Shown: one piece after another, positions 37,315 through 50,990 of the stretch
Layout: every line of letters starts with the position of its first letter
Numbering within the stretch: position 1 is the stretch's first letter
Assembly: GCA_013265495.1 (NCBI GenBank)
Contig: MU058824.1
Coordinates: 3,189,111 to 3,253,110 of the forward strand
Direction: 5' to 3'
Length of the DNA stretch: 64,000 bases
Origin: Vicugna vicugna
Lineage: Eukaryota
Translations under genes and position numbers: made by a program
The notes under the pieces: generated by a model
The model's database searches: none
What the model was told of the DNA's origin: nothing
The model's input: the letters and a program-made list of their open reading frames with translations, nothing else

Positions 37315-38959
37315 AAGAATACTGGTCTGGGAAACAGGGGGAAAAAAAAAAAAGAAGGTGATTCTAGTACTATTCTGCCACTTGCCCAAATTCTCTCACT
37401 CTTCATGCTACCAGGGAAAGAAGGAGTGGGACAGAATGACCCTCAAGGTCTCTTTCAGATCCAAAATGAGATGATTCCTTAGTGAGCCTCCCAGTCAGTG
37501 GTCATTCATTCAGCATTGTTGAGTACCCTCCTACGATCTTATGCCTTTTGAAGCGTAGTGATTTCAACATAAACCCAGACTGGATGGGGAACAGAATGTT
37601 TTGCTTAAGACAGTGTTATTACTACATAAACTGATGACATGTTTTTAATATTCAAGATCTAGTTAATAGTGAACTATTAACTATCAGCTTCACTGAGACT
37701 TTGGTGAGCCAAGATTCATGGCATTGGAGTGTTACAGCAGGACCATGAGGAACAGCCACTCCCACATTTGTGGTCAGCTACTTGTAGAAAAGCAATGCCC
37801 TAGAGTTCTAGAATCTAGGTCTGTCCTTAACCCTGCCACATGGCTATGGGAAAGTCACATTACCTCTCTGGCCTGCAGTTTACTCTTCTGTAAAAGGAGG
37901 GAATGATATCCTGTGACAGCCAAGGTCTCTTGAGCACTAAACTGAATGATTCTTTGAGATTAAGGAAGCTAAAGTATTATCAAGTCAAAGAGAGGTTCTG
38001 CTGTTGTCTGCAAAAGAGAGTGGGTGCTTATCAGGAGGATTATTACCTTTTGAGGACAGGTATATTGTTGCCCTTCAGAGAGGAATGATGACATAAAAAC
38101 AACATGTTCTTACTCCCAAGATTCTAGGACACAGAGGCAGATAGTCACTGCTCACTTCTTAAAAATGAACTGTCCAGTTCACTGTAAAACATAAAGAATT
38201 GGGAGTTAGGCTAGAAAGTCTGTTATCTGCATATTGGTGAAGAGAGATCAGTCTCCCAGTACTTTCCAAACCTTATGTGATCACCTACCATAGTCATTTT
38301 CCCAAAGATAACCTGTTTTACCTTTTGGGGGAGGGGTTGAGGGTGAAGCTGTGGAAAATACATTTCCTTTCTGGATTGCTTCCTTAGCTCTCATAGAAGC
38401 CCTGCCTGCTTAAATTTCTTTTCTTGTTCCTAATCACATTCTCTGCTCCTTGATAAAACCGGTATTCTAATCTATTGCTAATGCAATGGACTTAATGAGT
38501 TGGCTGGGAACAGTGGTAAAGGATGGGATATTTGCATAGGGTTGGGAATGGTTATCACAATTTTAAAAATATTCAAGATTTTTATGTCTCCTGTCAGATA
38601 AGTTTTTATCTCGTTTCTTGGATGATAAATCTTTCAGTGTTCTGAAGGACAGCTTTGAAAATATGAGTAGCTTTAGCATCTTTTATTCTTTCCATTTTAT
38701 CTCTTTTCCTCTGCTAGTTTAGCTTTTGGAAGATTAGCTCCAAAGAAGAAGGCATGCCCTTGAGCCTGTGGCCAGTGTCTAGCATGGCCCTACTCTGGTC
38801 TTGTCAACAGTATTTGCTCCAATTCCCATAAGTATGATCCTACTCTGAATCTACTGGGCGAATGCAACTTCCCACTACCGTTCTGCTCCCTGTGGCCCCA
38901 GGGGCAGATGCCACCATCTCTCTGTCACCACTTTCTTCATCTGCTTTACCTTTTCATTG

Positions 38960-39150
38960 CACTTTACAGTTTGTAAAGCATTGGGCAGAGCAATCATCTC
39001 ATTTTTTTCTCTCGATAGTTCCTTGAATTATGCAAGACAAACATTATGATCTCCATTTTACAGACAAAGAAACTGACACAAGCTCAGAAAAGTCAAATGA
39101 CTTGCATGAGATCACAGAGCTGGTAAACAGGATTCAAGCTCAGGTTTAAC
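38960..39150 (-). mobile_element. MIR SINE
   Basis: ctccattttacagacaaagaaactgac...gctcagaaaagtcaaatgacttgcatgagatcacagagctggtaa. Confidence 0.8.
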
Positions 39151-39712
39151 TGGGTAATAAAGCTCTATCCTAGTGGGGGAAAAGATGATTGCAACAGAAT
39201 TATAATATGGAAAGTTTTCCTAAATAATCTTAGGATGACTCTCCAAGGGGATTCTCTAAAGATGGGGACTTGCATCCTACAGCTGACAGTCTCTCTCCCA
39301 CCCAGGTTTCTGTAGAAGTGACTTAAGCTGTGAGACATGGAGTGAACAGAGAGGCTAGGGTGCTAGGGCCTAGAGCTGGAGCCTAAAGGAAACTTTACAT
39401 ATCCCAGGGAGATCAAGCCAGTGCAGGACTGGTGAAGGATGGTGTCTCTGTCACACTGTTTAAAAATTTCAGGGAGGACCAAGGCCCAGAAGCCTGGGAA
39501 ATACCTGCTTCACTAGTGAGCCTGCAGCAAAGGCTTTTAATTCTAGAGCTACCTGAGGGGCCCAGCTGGCCCCAACCGAGTGGGACCCCTTAGCAGGTGA
39601 GGAGGAACTGTCCCTGTCCATTTCCCACACATAGCCTTGGATAGAGACCTCTGATTCTGTTGAGACTTGCCTCCCTAGAGGAGAATGTCACAGGTGGGCC
39701 AAACTACCCCTC

Positions 39713-39933
39713 CCAGGGCCACTACTGGCCTGTACAGCATCTTAACATGGATTAGAAAAAGGCATCCCTCTCAGACGCTTTTGTGCCAGTGAGTAAGTAA
39801 TGTTTCCTTCTTTCAGGCAGATGCAGCTCCACACACAGTAAACAGCTCAGCAAGTGGATTTTAGCTCCTACTTCTCTTCTCAACCAGGTACCCTGTGCAG
39901 TAAACAACCTACACAATGGCACACAGCAGCCCA
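39713..39933. mobile_element. MER91-like hAT element
   Basis: cagggcc left end; ccctgtgcagtaaacaacctacacaatggcacacagcagccc right end, resembling the MER91 terminus as recalled. Confidence 0.5.
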
Positions 39934-40239
39934 ACCCTCCCTCATTCATACTGGGAGTGTCCAAAGATCCTAGAAGCCTCTCTCACCACCTCATCTCAGC
40001 CTGGTGGACCCAGGTGACCAGCCTTGTTCACCACTAGGCCACTGGAAGAGAGGCATCTTTCTCTCCTTTTGATTCTGAACTATTGTTACTCAAGAGGCCA
40101 CAAGAGCCTGACCTGCCCAAGTGCGGATGTGAGTAGCCAAAGCAGATCAGAGATCATTTAAGGGGACTCAATAGCTTGAAGGAGAAAGACTGTAACTAGA
40201 AGACAGGCCTCATTCAGATAGATTTAATATAAGAAAAAG

Positions 40240-42890
40240 TACATTTTTAAAAGAATATTTTTAAATAGATTCAAGTAGATATTGGGGGGAAAGTCATAAG
40301 AATGAAGAAAAATGGTTTTTGGAGGTTAAAAAAAATTCTAAATTAAAACATTCCAGTTGTGGAAGTGAAAAATAGAATGAACACCACTGAAAATTGATTT
40401 AATGATCTGAAAGGTGAAAAAGGAGAACAATCCCACAGTACCAAGCCAAAAACACAAAGAAATGGAAATCATGAGGAAAGAGATTTTTTTTTAAACATGA
40501 AGTATCTAGGAGATATGCAAATAACAGGAGTACCAAATGGAGCAAAAATAAGGAGGGAACAATGCAATAACTAAAGAAGTAACAGAATTTACAAACTTTA
40601 AGAAAATTGAATTTTCAGATAGAAAAGACTCACTGAACGCTACACAGTAGTAATTTAAAAACACATACCTAGGGCTTCCAGTTCTGGACAAGACGGAGAA
40701 GATACATTTCTCCCTATTCCTCCTGCTGAGTGCATCTAAAACCCCTAGACATAGTGTATAAAACAAACATGAAAAAACTCTGAATGATGGAGAAAGAAGG
40801 CAGACCAGCTAGGGACCTCAGAACTCAATGAATAACATGACAATGAATTCCCTAGGTTTCCTTTTTGCCTCCTATATGTCCCAGACTGGGCACTAGAAAA
40901 GTCCACAAGTAGAAAATGCCAATAGGTACAGATTTTTTAAAAGCCTCAAGAAAAGTTTGATCTTCATTATCAAAGGAACAGGAAAGAGCAGCCTAATAAG
41001 GCAGAAGCCTTTGTGGTAATACCAACCCTATTCCAGCTGAACATCACAGAAGTGACACACAACACTCCCACTCTCCTACCCCTGATCAGTAGAGGCTAAA
41101 TGAAGAATATAGACTTCCACCCCTGCTCAGACCTCCCACCACACTCCAGGGTGATGCCAGAACAGTCTGAGTGGGGAACTTGGACTTCCATCCCTGCCCA
41201 TGGGTAATGAGACAGTATTCCCTTTCCCTACCAGTACAGTGTCAGTTGAGGCTTGCTAAAATAGAAGATGCAAATAAGATCTACAATCCATAACATGATA
41301 CTTAAAATGTCCAGGATGCAATTTAAAAATCACTCATCACACCAAGAACCAGAAAAATTGCACCTAGAATGAGAAAAAGACAATTGACAGATGTTAAAAT
41401 GGAGAAGCTACAGATTTTGGAATCATGACAATGCTTTTAAAGCAGCCACCATAAAAATGCTTAAACAAGCAATTATGAATTCTCTTGAAACAAATGAAAC
41501 CATAGAAACTATCAGCAAATAATAGGTTATAAAAATAATCAAATGGATATTACATAACTGGAAAGTAGAATAAAAGAAGTGGAAAACTCACTGGATGGCT
41601 CAATAGAAGATTTAACAGAGGTTAAAATCAGTGAACTTAAAGGAAGATTAACAGAATTTAACCAGTCTGGACAACAGAACAAACATAGTAGGGGAAAAAT
41701 AAAGAGAACAAAATTAAGCTAACATTCATATCATCAGAGTCCCAGAAGGAGAGGAGAGAGAAGGGGAAGGGGAGAGAGGGACTGAAAAATTAGTTGAAGA
41801 AACAGTCTCTAAGAATCCCCCAAATTTGGCAAACAGTATAAGACTAGACTGAAGAAGCTGCACAAACCCCAGAAGGGATAAACTCAAAGAAACTTTAAAA
41901 AATCCACAGACTTAAATCCTAACATTTCAATAATTACCAGGCATATAATTATACTTCTAAAAACTGAAGACAAAAAGAGTCTTGATGGCAGAGAGAAATG
42001 ACACATGACTTAGAAAGGAACAGCAATTCCAATGACAACAGAGTTATCATTTGAAATCATGGAGGCCAGAAGGAAGTGGTGTGATAGTTTTCAAGTACTG
42101 AATGAAAATTGCTGTCAACTCAGAATTCTATATTCAATAAAAATATCTCTCAGGAATGAAAGTGAAAAACTAAGATGGAGAAAAACTAATATAGCTTCTG
42201 ACCAATATGCCTACCCTAAAAGGATGGCTATAGGAAACTCTTCAAACAGAAAGGAAATGATAAAACAAGGAAACTTAGAATATCAGCAATGAAGAAGGAA
42301 TAACAGAAAAGGTAAAACTATTGATTAATGCAATAGATTATTTTCCTCTTAAGGTTTTAGATTTATGTTTGGTGGGAACAAAATTATAATATTGTCAGAC
42401 GTTTTCAATGTATATAGAGGTAATATTTAAGACAATTACATTTAAAAGGAGAGAGGGTACATAAAGAGACCTAAATGCACATTTTACTTGAAGTGGTAAG
42501 ATGTCAACACCAGTAGTCACTGACAAGTTATACATGTATAGTCTGATACTTGACTAACAACTATAAAACTACACAAAGAGATACACTCAAAAACACTATG
42601 GATAAATCAAACTGAAATTCTAAAAACTTCCCAAGTAATCACAGGGAGGCAGGAAAAATAAAAGAGAGGAAGGAAAAATGGGGAACAAACAGAAAATAAG
42701 TAATAAAATGTGAGACTTAACATTTCAACAATTACATTAGATGTAAGTAGTCTAAATATACTAATTAAAAGACAGAGATTGGCAGAGTAGATTTTTTAAA
42801 AACACATCTTGGTAAATTTTCTGAACTCCAGGAATTAAAGTATAAATAAGCTTCTAGACAATGTAAATGGACTATTTATGAAGGAAAGAG
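40240..42890 (+). mobile_element. Older HAL1/L1 ORF1-like element split by an L1 insertion (host parts ~40240-40672 and ~42800-42890)
   Basis: Left part ...tctaggagatatgcaaataacaggagtacca (SRR..QITGVP-like)...atacctag; right part acacatcttggtaaattttctgaac (HILVNFLN), continuing the PRHI motif. Confidence 0.6.
40672..42800 (+). mobile_element. L1M element: 5'UTR, ORF1, inter-ORF spacer and first ~25 codons of ORF2
   Basis: 5' end ggcttccagttctggacaagacggag; ORF 42032-42292 ELSFEIMEARRKWCDSFQVLNENCCQLRILYSIKISLRNESE matches the ORF1p CTD; 42719-42797 translates NISTITLDVSSLNILIKRQRLAE*I, the ORF2 endonuclease N-terminus. Confidence 0.9.
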
Positions 42891-42939
42891 AGCCCTCCAA
42901 AATTATCTTGTAGAGCCCACAAACTGTCCTTGTTAAAAC

Positions 42940-43410
42940 TTACCGAGACCTAATATTTGTTAATCACTGTTCTAAGCAGTTTATGTTATCTCATTTTAAC
43001 ATAATTCTATGAGGTATCTTTTACTAGTACTCTCATCTTATAGATGAGAAAACTAAGGCTAACTTTCCCAAGGTCATTTATTTAGTAAGTGGCAGAGCTT
43101 AGATTCAAACCCAGGGAGTCTAATGAAAGAAACTAGAAATAAGTACAGATTAGCTACCTGGGGAGGAAAAAGAAGACAGAGCTCCCAGGCAGAGAGAACA
43201 GCCTATAAGAAGAAGGTTCGGAGGATGGGAAGGAAAACCTACTATATGCAAAGTGTTTTAAATATAATATTAATAATCGCAAAACTCCAATAGCAAATAT
43301 TTGGGTGTCTGTTTTGCAGATGAAGAGACTCAGCAAGGTTGAGTAACTAGCTCAAAATAATCCAGCTAGTAAGCAATGGAGCCAGAATTTAAATGTGGAT
43401 CCGCCACCAT
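42940..43410 (-). mobile_element. Two MIR SINE fragments
   Basis: catcttatagatgagaaaactaaggct...ccaaggtcat...agtaagtggcagagc; ttttgcagatgaagagactcagcaaggttgagtaact. Confidence 0.75.
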
Positions 43411-43984
43411 TCCCTATTGGGTCAACAAGCTAGAAACACTCTTGGAACGTATTTCCCATGGTGATTGTCTTTGTCACCCCAATAGTTTCCTTACAGTAAC
43501 CCAGCAATTAAAACATTTAAGAGGAAAGGATCTGTCCTACCTTTCTGTGTGATTTTGGTCAAAGCTGCTGTGGGTCTGAGTCTTCATCTATGAAAGAGAA
43601 TCAGGCTACATCAGTGTTTTTCTAGCTTTGGCAGAGGAGAGACAGTAGAATCCTTTATTCAGTGCACATCTTATTAAACAGAGCCCAATATGGAAGACAG
43701 GTAAAGCAGAGGAAACCTGACTGAAGGGACAGACGGGACTAGCCTGGACCCTCTTCAGTTAAAATTCTCCTTCACAACCCTAAGTTCTGGAAACGGTGCA
43801 TAGAGAGGCTCCAGGCACAGAGGAGAGTCTTGGAAGCATTCTCTTCCATCCTTAGTGTAGGATAGGGAGGGTGATGGATGACCTAGATTTTCTTTAAAAC
43901 AAGGCGTTATTCATGTTTTGTTACTATGTGCTGTGTACTGTGACATTGTATTTCAGTCTGTTTTGAATCACAGGGATGTTCTGG

Positions 43985-44210
43985 GAAGGTTGTGTGGTGG
44001 AATCAGATGTGGCTTGAATCCCAGTTTCTATCCCTTGCTACTTTGTGACCTCGGACAACTAATGTAACCTTCCAGTTTTCTCATCACAACAAAGAGATAA
44101 TACTGACCTTGAAGGGTGCTGTGAGGATTAAATTAAATAATAAGGACAAAGTACCTAGCATATGATCAGGGGTGTTGTTGACATTAGGTAAAAGGCAGCT
44201 ATTATTATGC
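43985..44210 (+). mobile_element. MIR SINE
   Basis: ttgaatcccagtttct...tgtgacctcggacaa...gctgtgaggattaaattaaataat. Confidence 0.8.
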
Positions 44211-45544
44211 ATTTTGAAATCCTGATACTTTGTCTTCCCTGGAGCTTGGGTCTGTCTTTCTTTTTTCTTCCTTTTTTTAGTGAAGATTGATTTATACAAA
44301 AAGAGATGATACTTTTTACAAAGGAACGCTGAAAGTATTGTAAATTCAAGGTGGTGAATTATGAAAAACTGCATATGTGTTAATAACACTGAAGATATGG
44401 TATGTTTTCATAATCTGGACCCTGAGTAACGACTGTTACACATGCTGAAAGGAGTATTCACAAAATAATCCATTATTAAAACATACATCTTTTTAAAAAA
44501 ATAAAAGATTTTTATACCCCTAGAATCGACAGACAAGAATAACCTGACTTTACAGAACTTCTGTCTGAAAATAAATGATGTCCTAAGCATCATCATGTAG
44601 TCGGGGGCATAGCCTGACCTCCTAGAGCCTAGGAGATCTAGGCGTGTGTTTGACTAGAGGCTAAAGCCATGGCAGATCTCCTATAATGGACCATGAATTC
44701 CTGCCATTTCCCATGAAGCTTAATTGGGGAACATTTCAGAGCATATGGTACTTTGTCAACTGATACTAATGTGTCCATTAGTGTGGCTCCAGAGGGAATT
44801 TCAGTTTATGCTCAGAGAATGAACACTTGGGAAACAGAAATAGCTACTTCTAGCCCCTACCTTCCCCACAATTCTGTCCTCTGTTTAGCAACCCCCCCCC
44901 ACCATTTCTTTCAGTCCTACCAGGAAGAGATATATAATAGGGGTGTGCCATTAATGGTATCTCCACTATCCAAACTTGACTCATAATCCCTTAAGGCACA
45001 CAACCCTGACGTCCTTCAGAGCCGTTATGAAGACAGTATCTCATTTGACCTTCACAGTACTCCTCTGAGCTATGTGTTGTTATCCCATTTCACAGACAAG
45101 AAAAACAGAAGCTCACAACAGTTAAACTGCGCTTGGAGATCAGACCTAATGCTCAGTCCACTGTAATAGCCCATTCCTATGCTGGATGTGCAGAGGTATA
45201 TACTTGGCCTGACTGGGTTCTACAAATTGCTCACGTGAATCACATGTGGTCCAAATTAAGTATAAGCAAATTAATTCATTTATTCAGGTAACATTAACTG
45301 GGAGCCTTTGGGTAAGGCACTATGCTAGGTGAGGGTGAGTAGTGTCCTGGGAAGTGTAAGGGCTTTGGAGTCATTCAGCACAAGAATGTATGGACATCCT
45401 CGCCCTAGAAAGTGCTCACTGAGTGCTAGTTATTATTAGTGAGCAGCACTATGGAGGACAGAGAGTTGAATCAGATATGATCCTGACCCTCAAGAGGCTA
45501 TAAAGTTTAAATAAATTTTATGACCATCTGAAAAAAATTTAAAA

Positions 45545-47045
45545 AACCAGATTCCCTGTCTTACTTCATATACCTTACTCTTTATTCCTAAATAAAACCC
45601 AAATGAATCAAATATTTAAATGCTGAAACCATAAAAATACTAGAAGAAAATATGGGAATGGTCATAAGCATTCAACAGAAGATGAATACATATTATTATA
45701 TAGAAATTTTAAATCCTGCATGGGGGAAAACACTATAAACATATTCAAAAGATAAATGAAAAATTAGTAAAAACACTTGCAATACACATGACAAACAAGG
45801 GGTTAATATCCTTGTTATATATCAAGTTTCTAAACATCAATACTAAAAAGACCAACAAACAACCCAGTAGAAAAATAGGAAAAGATAGGAATAATTTATG
45901 GTAAAGCAATTATAAATGACTCTAGCATTGATAGAAATGCTCAACCTTACTCGTAAGAGAAATTCAAATAAAGGCAACACTGAGATGTTATATGTTACTT
46001 ACCATAATGGCAAAGACAAAATATTTTCATAATATACTGTGTTGCTGAAATGTGGAGAAACAAAGTTTATTGGCAAAAGTATAAATTGGTACAATCTCTG
46101 TGAAGAGCAATTTGATAATATACATGAATAATTTTTAAATGTGTACCAAAACATTTTAAACAACCTAAATGTCCATCATTAAAGGACAGCTGAGTTATGG
46201 TGTATCCGTTTAATAGAATGCCACGTAACCATACAAAAAGAGGAAGAAAGCTCTTTCATACTACTGATTGAGAACAATTTTCATGATATATTGCTAATTT
46301 TCTAAAGCAAGGCACAGAATCATGAATATAATATGCAACCATATGTATATAAAAAAGGAAGGATATTTAAGACTAGATATGAAACTGATAACACTGGTTG
46401 ACTCAGGGAATAGAACTAGAAGGCTGAGGACAGAAATGAAAGTTAGGCTTTTCACGTATACCCTTTGCACCTTCTGAATTTTGAACTGTGTAATGGTTTT
46501 AAATATTTTTTAAGTCTTAATATTGAAAACATCTTTTTAAAAAAAATCTTTTAATTCAGCAATTCCAATTCTAGGAACTAATTCTACAGATGTATTTACA
46601 CATGTGTTCCATATGTGTTGTCTATATACAAAGAGATTCACTGCAGCGTATTACATAACGGCCAAAGACTGGGGACATCCTGAATGCTGGCTAGTAGAGG
46701 AGGGTGTAATAAATTATAGTACAGTCATCCAAAGAGTTGCATGCATTCATTAAAAAGAATAAGGGAAAAAAGGAACTTGGAAGCACTACATAGACTGATA
46801 GAGAATAATATTAAACAGTTTTGAATGACAAAAGACTATATATGGTATCATCTATGTCATCTGCTTATGATATGTTTGTATATGCATAGACTGTTTCTGG
46901 AAGAATATACAAAAAAACTGCTAATCTTGGTTGCTGGGGAAGGGGACTGAGTGGCTGAAGGACAGACATGGGAAGACAAATTTATTTTCACTGTATATCT
47001 CTTTGTAGTTTTCGAATATTTCACCACAGCAAATACAACCTAATC
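45545..47045 (+). mobile_element. Old L1 (L1ME-like) ORF2/3'UTR fragments, two adjacent pieces
   Basis: aaaccataaaaatactagaagaaaatatggga; caacccagtagaaaaatagg; aaacaacctaaatgtccatca; aattcagcaattccaattctaggaa. Confidence 0.85.
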
Positions 47046-47934
47046 AACAGAAAATGTTTAAACACATTACATTCAAAAATAGGGAATTGTTTGTATAGAG
47101 TTGAATCTGGCCTGTAGGTTCTGCCTGTTGATTCAGATTCTATCATTAACATCACATGTAGACTAACTTTAACCCCTCTCCTGCTAAATGCTCTTGAGAT
47201 ACCTGAACACCCTGAGTCTTCATGTCTCTGGCCCTGCTCCCTCAGAGTCCCAAACGATTTGTTCTACGAGAGGTCCTTCCTCATCCTGGTCTCCATCTTG
47301 GGACTCTCTCAGGTCCCAGGCTTCTTGGAAAGAGCATTACCAAAACCGAGCACTACTCTTCACCCAAGGTCGTGGGCTGCCACCACCCTCCATCCCTGCC
47401 GTGACCTTCTCCCTTTGGGGTTTCTGCCTTTGGTTGGGGAAGTTAAGCCAGCGGGAAATGGCAGGAACATATCTTCCCCTGAGGTGCCCCTGTGTCTGGA
47501 CAAGGCTAGCCGGATGCTTTTCCTTTCTTTCAGGAGTGGGCAGTGGTTATCTTGCAGTTGGTGCCTATTACCTGCAGCAGAATCTGGATTCAGAGTGGCT
47601 GCAGGCAGGGCCAGTTTAGAACACAGGGTGACTTGTGTGAAAACATGAATTCATGAAACATTTAAGAATGTGAGAAATGCCACGGTGGTTCAGTAGTGAG
47701 GAACTGTGTTCATGAAACAGTCCCCAGGGTGCCGGGGAAGAGCAAGGTGAATCTAACTGGCTAAGGATGTGCTCACTAGTACCAAACTTTCCTCACCCTC
47801 TGTGACTCTGCAGCATCATAAAGAAGTCTTTGAGCTGCTCTGAGAAGGGCAAGGTGGACCTCGCTGGCCTCTCCAAGTACTTCTACTCTAGGTACCATCA
47901 TGAATTTACCTTACCCCTTCTTGGGTCTTTTCTT

Positions 47935-48560
47935 TTTAGATATAATGCTTATTTTTTTCTGATTATAAAAATACTGCCCATCCATGATATCAAATTTAGA
48001 AAATACAGAGAAGTTTAGCAAAAGACACCCATTCTCTTACCACGTACCACCATTTTTCTCCTACTTTTATTTATTTTGTTTCTTACAAAATTGATTGTCT
48101 GACATACAATTTTGTGTGTTATTCTTTTGACTTAACATTATAAACTAACATTTTTCCACGTTAACTGTTTTCAAAAACATGATGGGCAATGCTTCAAAAT
48201 GTTCTTTCATGAAGATACACTATAATTTATTTAATCATTCACCTGTTTTTAGACATTTTCTTTCCAGTTTTTTCCTGAATAAGGCTATGATGAACATCTT
48301 AGTATACAAATTGACATCTGCCTCCTTGATTATGTTTTAGAATAAATTTCTAAAAGTGGATTTCCTGAATCAAAGAGTTCTTGACACATACTGTTAAATT
48401 ACATTCCAGGAAGAACATACCAATTTACTGTGCATATGCAGGTATCCATTTCATCTCACCTTTGCCAAGCAGGGCATTATCATGAAAACTTTTTTTTTTT
48501 TAACTAATTTTGAAGGTAACAGAATGGACATCTCAATACTTTTAAAAAGACTTCAATTGC
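47935..48560 (-). mobile_element. Old L1 (L1ME-like) 3' region
   Basis: ttttttctgattataaaaatact...cacctgtttttagacattt...gctatgatgaacatctt...aataaatttctaaaagtgga. Confidence 0.8.
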
Positions 48561-49539
48561 CTTCCTTTATCTTCCAAGAGACTAACTGAGCCTAAAAAAA
48601 ATCCTGATATAGAATATCAGCATTACAAAAAATAAATCCCATGTTTAGTAGTGAGTGCTCTTTGTAGTAATCAGAATAATTGTTTTACATGGTCCTGAAA
48701 AGACAAGGAAGGATTCTTTCTACTTCACTGTGCACGTGTGTAAGACCAGGCGAGGAGGCCAGAGGCACACACTCAGCCCTGGGCTGGGAGTTGGAATGCC
48801 TGACTCCTATTCCTTGGCCAATCTCACTCTACCCTCACCCATCGTGGATCTTGAAACAGGTCCTGGATATCTTTAGGTCATCCGCTCAGCCTACAGATAA
48901 TGAAACTGAGGTTCTGGGGGCAGAAGGCTCTTAGCCAATGTTATGAGTTTCTTTTCTGTGGGAAACGACTGTTTTGAGAAGGGAGAAGAAGGGGCTATTT
49001 GGTCTATCTGACTGGTTAGAGCAGCTGGTATACTAGGACAACACTAGATATAACTATGCATCATTTGCTCACCCACAGAGCACCCCTATGATCCCTGCGG
49101 CTTCTTCCAAGCTGATACTCTGTAAGTCATTATTGGGAAGGTTATCTTTGGATCCCAAGCATGGTCTGAGTCCCAGTCCTGGATGAAATATTTCTCAGAC
49201 TATTGTCTCTAGGAGGAACTAGTCTGTGGATGGCTGGATACAGCAACTCACCAACACCAGAAAAACAGATGAACATTTCTGCTTGTCTCATGGTGTGCCA
49301 CCCTCACAGTGTGCAGTAAGCACTTTTAGATTACTCATAGGCTACCCTGCAATTTAAAAACTGGATCCACATCAGCAAATGGAGCCTGTCCAGCAAACCC
49401 AGAAAAGTATGGGGCTCATCTTCCATGGGCCTTCAGCTTCTGCAACGGCTGCTGCCAACATTAGCACCCTCCATTTATGAGGATGTGCTCCTAGGAGGTA
49501 TGTAGAGTGGCAGCTCTATATCGAAGCCTGAAGAGGCTG

Positions 49540-49800
49540 TTCCACTCTGCAGTGAACAACTGCACGTGTCCTCTGTTACAGAGAGGCATTATTTCAGTCA
49601 GAGGGGAAAACTCAGAACTATGAGGGAAGATGATGGCTGTTTTCAACTCTCTGGAAGCCCATATGGTACAAGAGAAATTAGATTTGTTCTGTGAGCCTCA
49701 CAGGGCAGAGCCACAACCAATGGGAGGAGATTTGAAAGCAGAGTTAGAATCAATGGATGGAAGACCTTAGGAATTAAATCAGGCTTCTATGTTCCCTAGA
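49540..49800 (+). mobile_element. L3/CR1-like fragment
   Basis: gatgatggctgttttcaa...gaaattagatttgttctgtgagcctcacagggcagagcc...aatggg. Confidence 0.55.
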
Positions 49801-50649
49801 GCCTGTTCCTTGATGGGGCACATAGAGATGGCCTCATCTTGCCTCTTGGGCCTCAAGCTTAGGCACGAATGGCAAGGCTCTGAGAGTGGGGGCGATGCTA
49901 GGGTTTCTCCTCTCCTAGACTTGCAGGTGGTGGTACCTGACTTTTCAACCAATGAAAGCAAAACTGGGCTCCATCAAATGCAGTGCTGGTAGACACAACA
50001 CAGTGTCATCTGTAGAGGGGAGCAACTTGATCTGCATCCACCCCTACTCAAAACCTGAGTTCCCAGGAATCCTTGACTCTAATTTTCTTGCGTTACAAGG
50101 AAAACTGATGATGTCTGAGGTCCCTCTGGGCCAATTCTCAGTCTATAATTCTGTGTATTTGTAGCTGCACCATCCATCCCCACCCACAGACAGATCACTC
50201 TATTGCTCTAATACTGTTGCATTCCTGAATCACTTGAACAATACCACTCTAATAATCTTTGTCCAAATTATTCAAAGAATCTCTCTTGCCTCACATTTTT
50301 TGATGACAAAATACAGATCATTGTAGGAGATGGGGAGCGTGGGTGTAGAATATTGTACTATATCCTAAAGCCAGATGGAGGGCTTTGTTCAATTCACTTC
50401 TGTTGGATTTCAACACTGAATTTTCTTCACAACATAAAAATGTGTTTTTGAAAGGATCAGAAATGTAACAGAGAATTTTTCTTGAGGAACAAAGTTTGCT
50501 GGTTTGTCTTTAAATTATTAAGAAGACAGAGAGTAAAGTTTTTTTTTAATATATATACTTAGAACTCTCAAACTGCCTTAGATGCTGTCCAGTCCAACTC
50601 CCTGCTTTTTCAGATGAGGTCTAAAGAGAGAAAGTAAGGAAACAACTGC

Positions 50650-50990
50650 TCATTGTTTGGCATGGATACCTACTCAGTATCCATCCTGTGCTTCCTCTTT
50701 AGTAGCAAAGTCCTGGGTATTGTGCCCAACCAAAACTTTACATTTCCTAACCTGCACCTCAAATAAAGGTGCCCATTAGGATTTAAGAAGTCATAGGAAG
50801 AGATTTCCAGGAAAGCTCTTTAATGGAATGCTCCCTTTTGCCTTTCCCCCTTTTCTCCTTCCTGTTGCCTGGGATGTGGATATGATAGCTGGTATTCTAG
50901 CAGCCACTGGGACCATGAGGTGACCTTGAAGATGGAAACCTATGCTAAAGACTGTGGAACAAAAAGACAAAAGAAGTCTGGATCTATAAG
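50650..50990 (+). mobile_element. MaLR LTR (old MLT1-type)
   Basis: ttcctgttgcctgggatgtggatatgatagctggtattctagcagcca...gaccatgaggtgaccttgaagatggaaacc. Confidence 0.75.

Noticed and set aside
47188..47648. 143-aa and 129-aa ORFs
   Set aside because: No recognisable homology; overlapping frames; weak splice context
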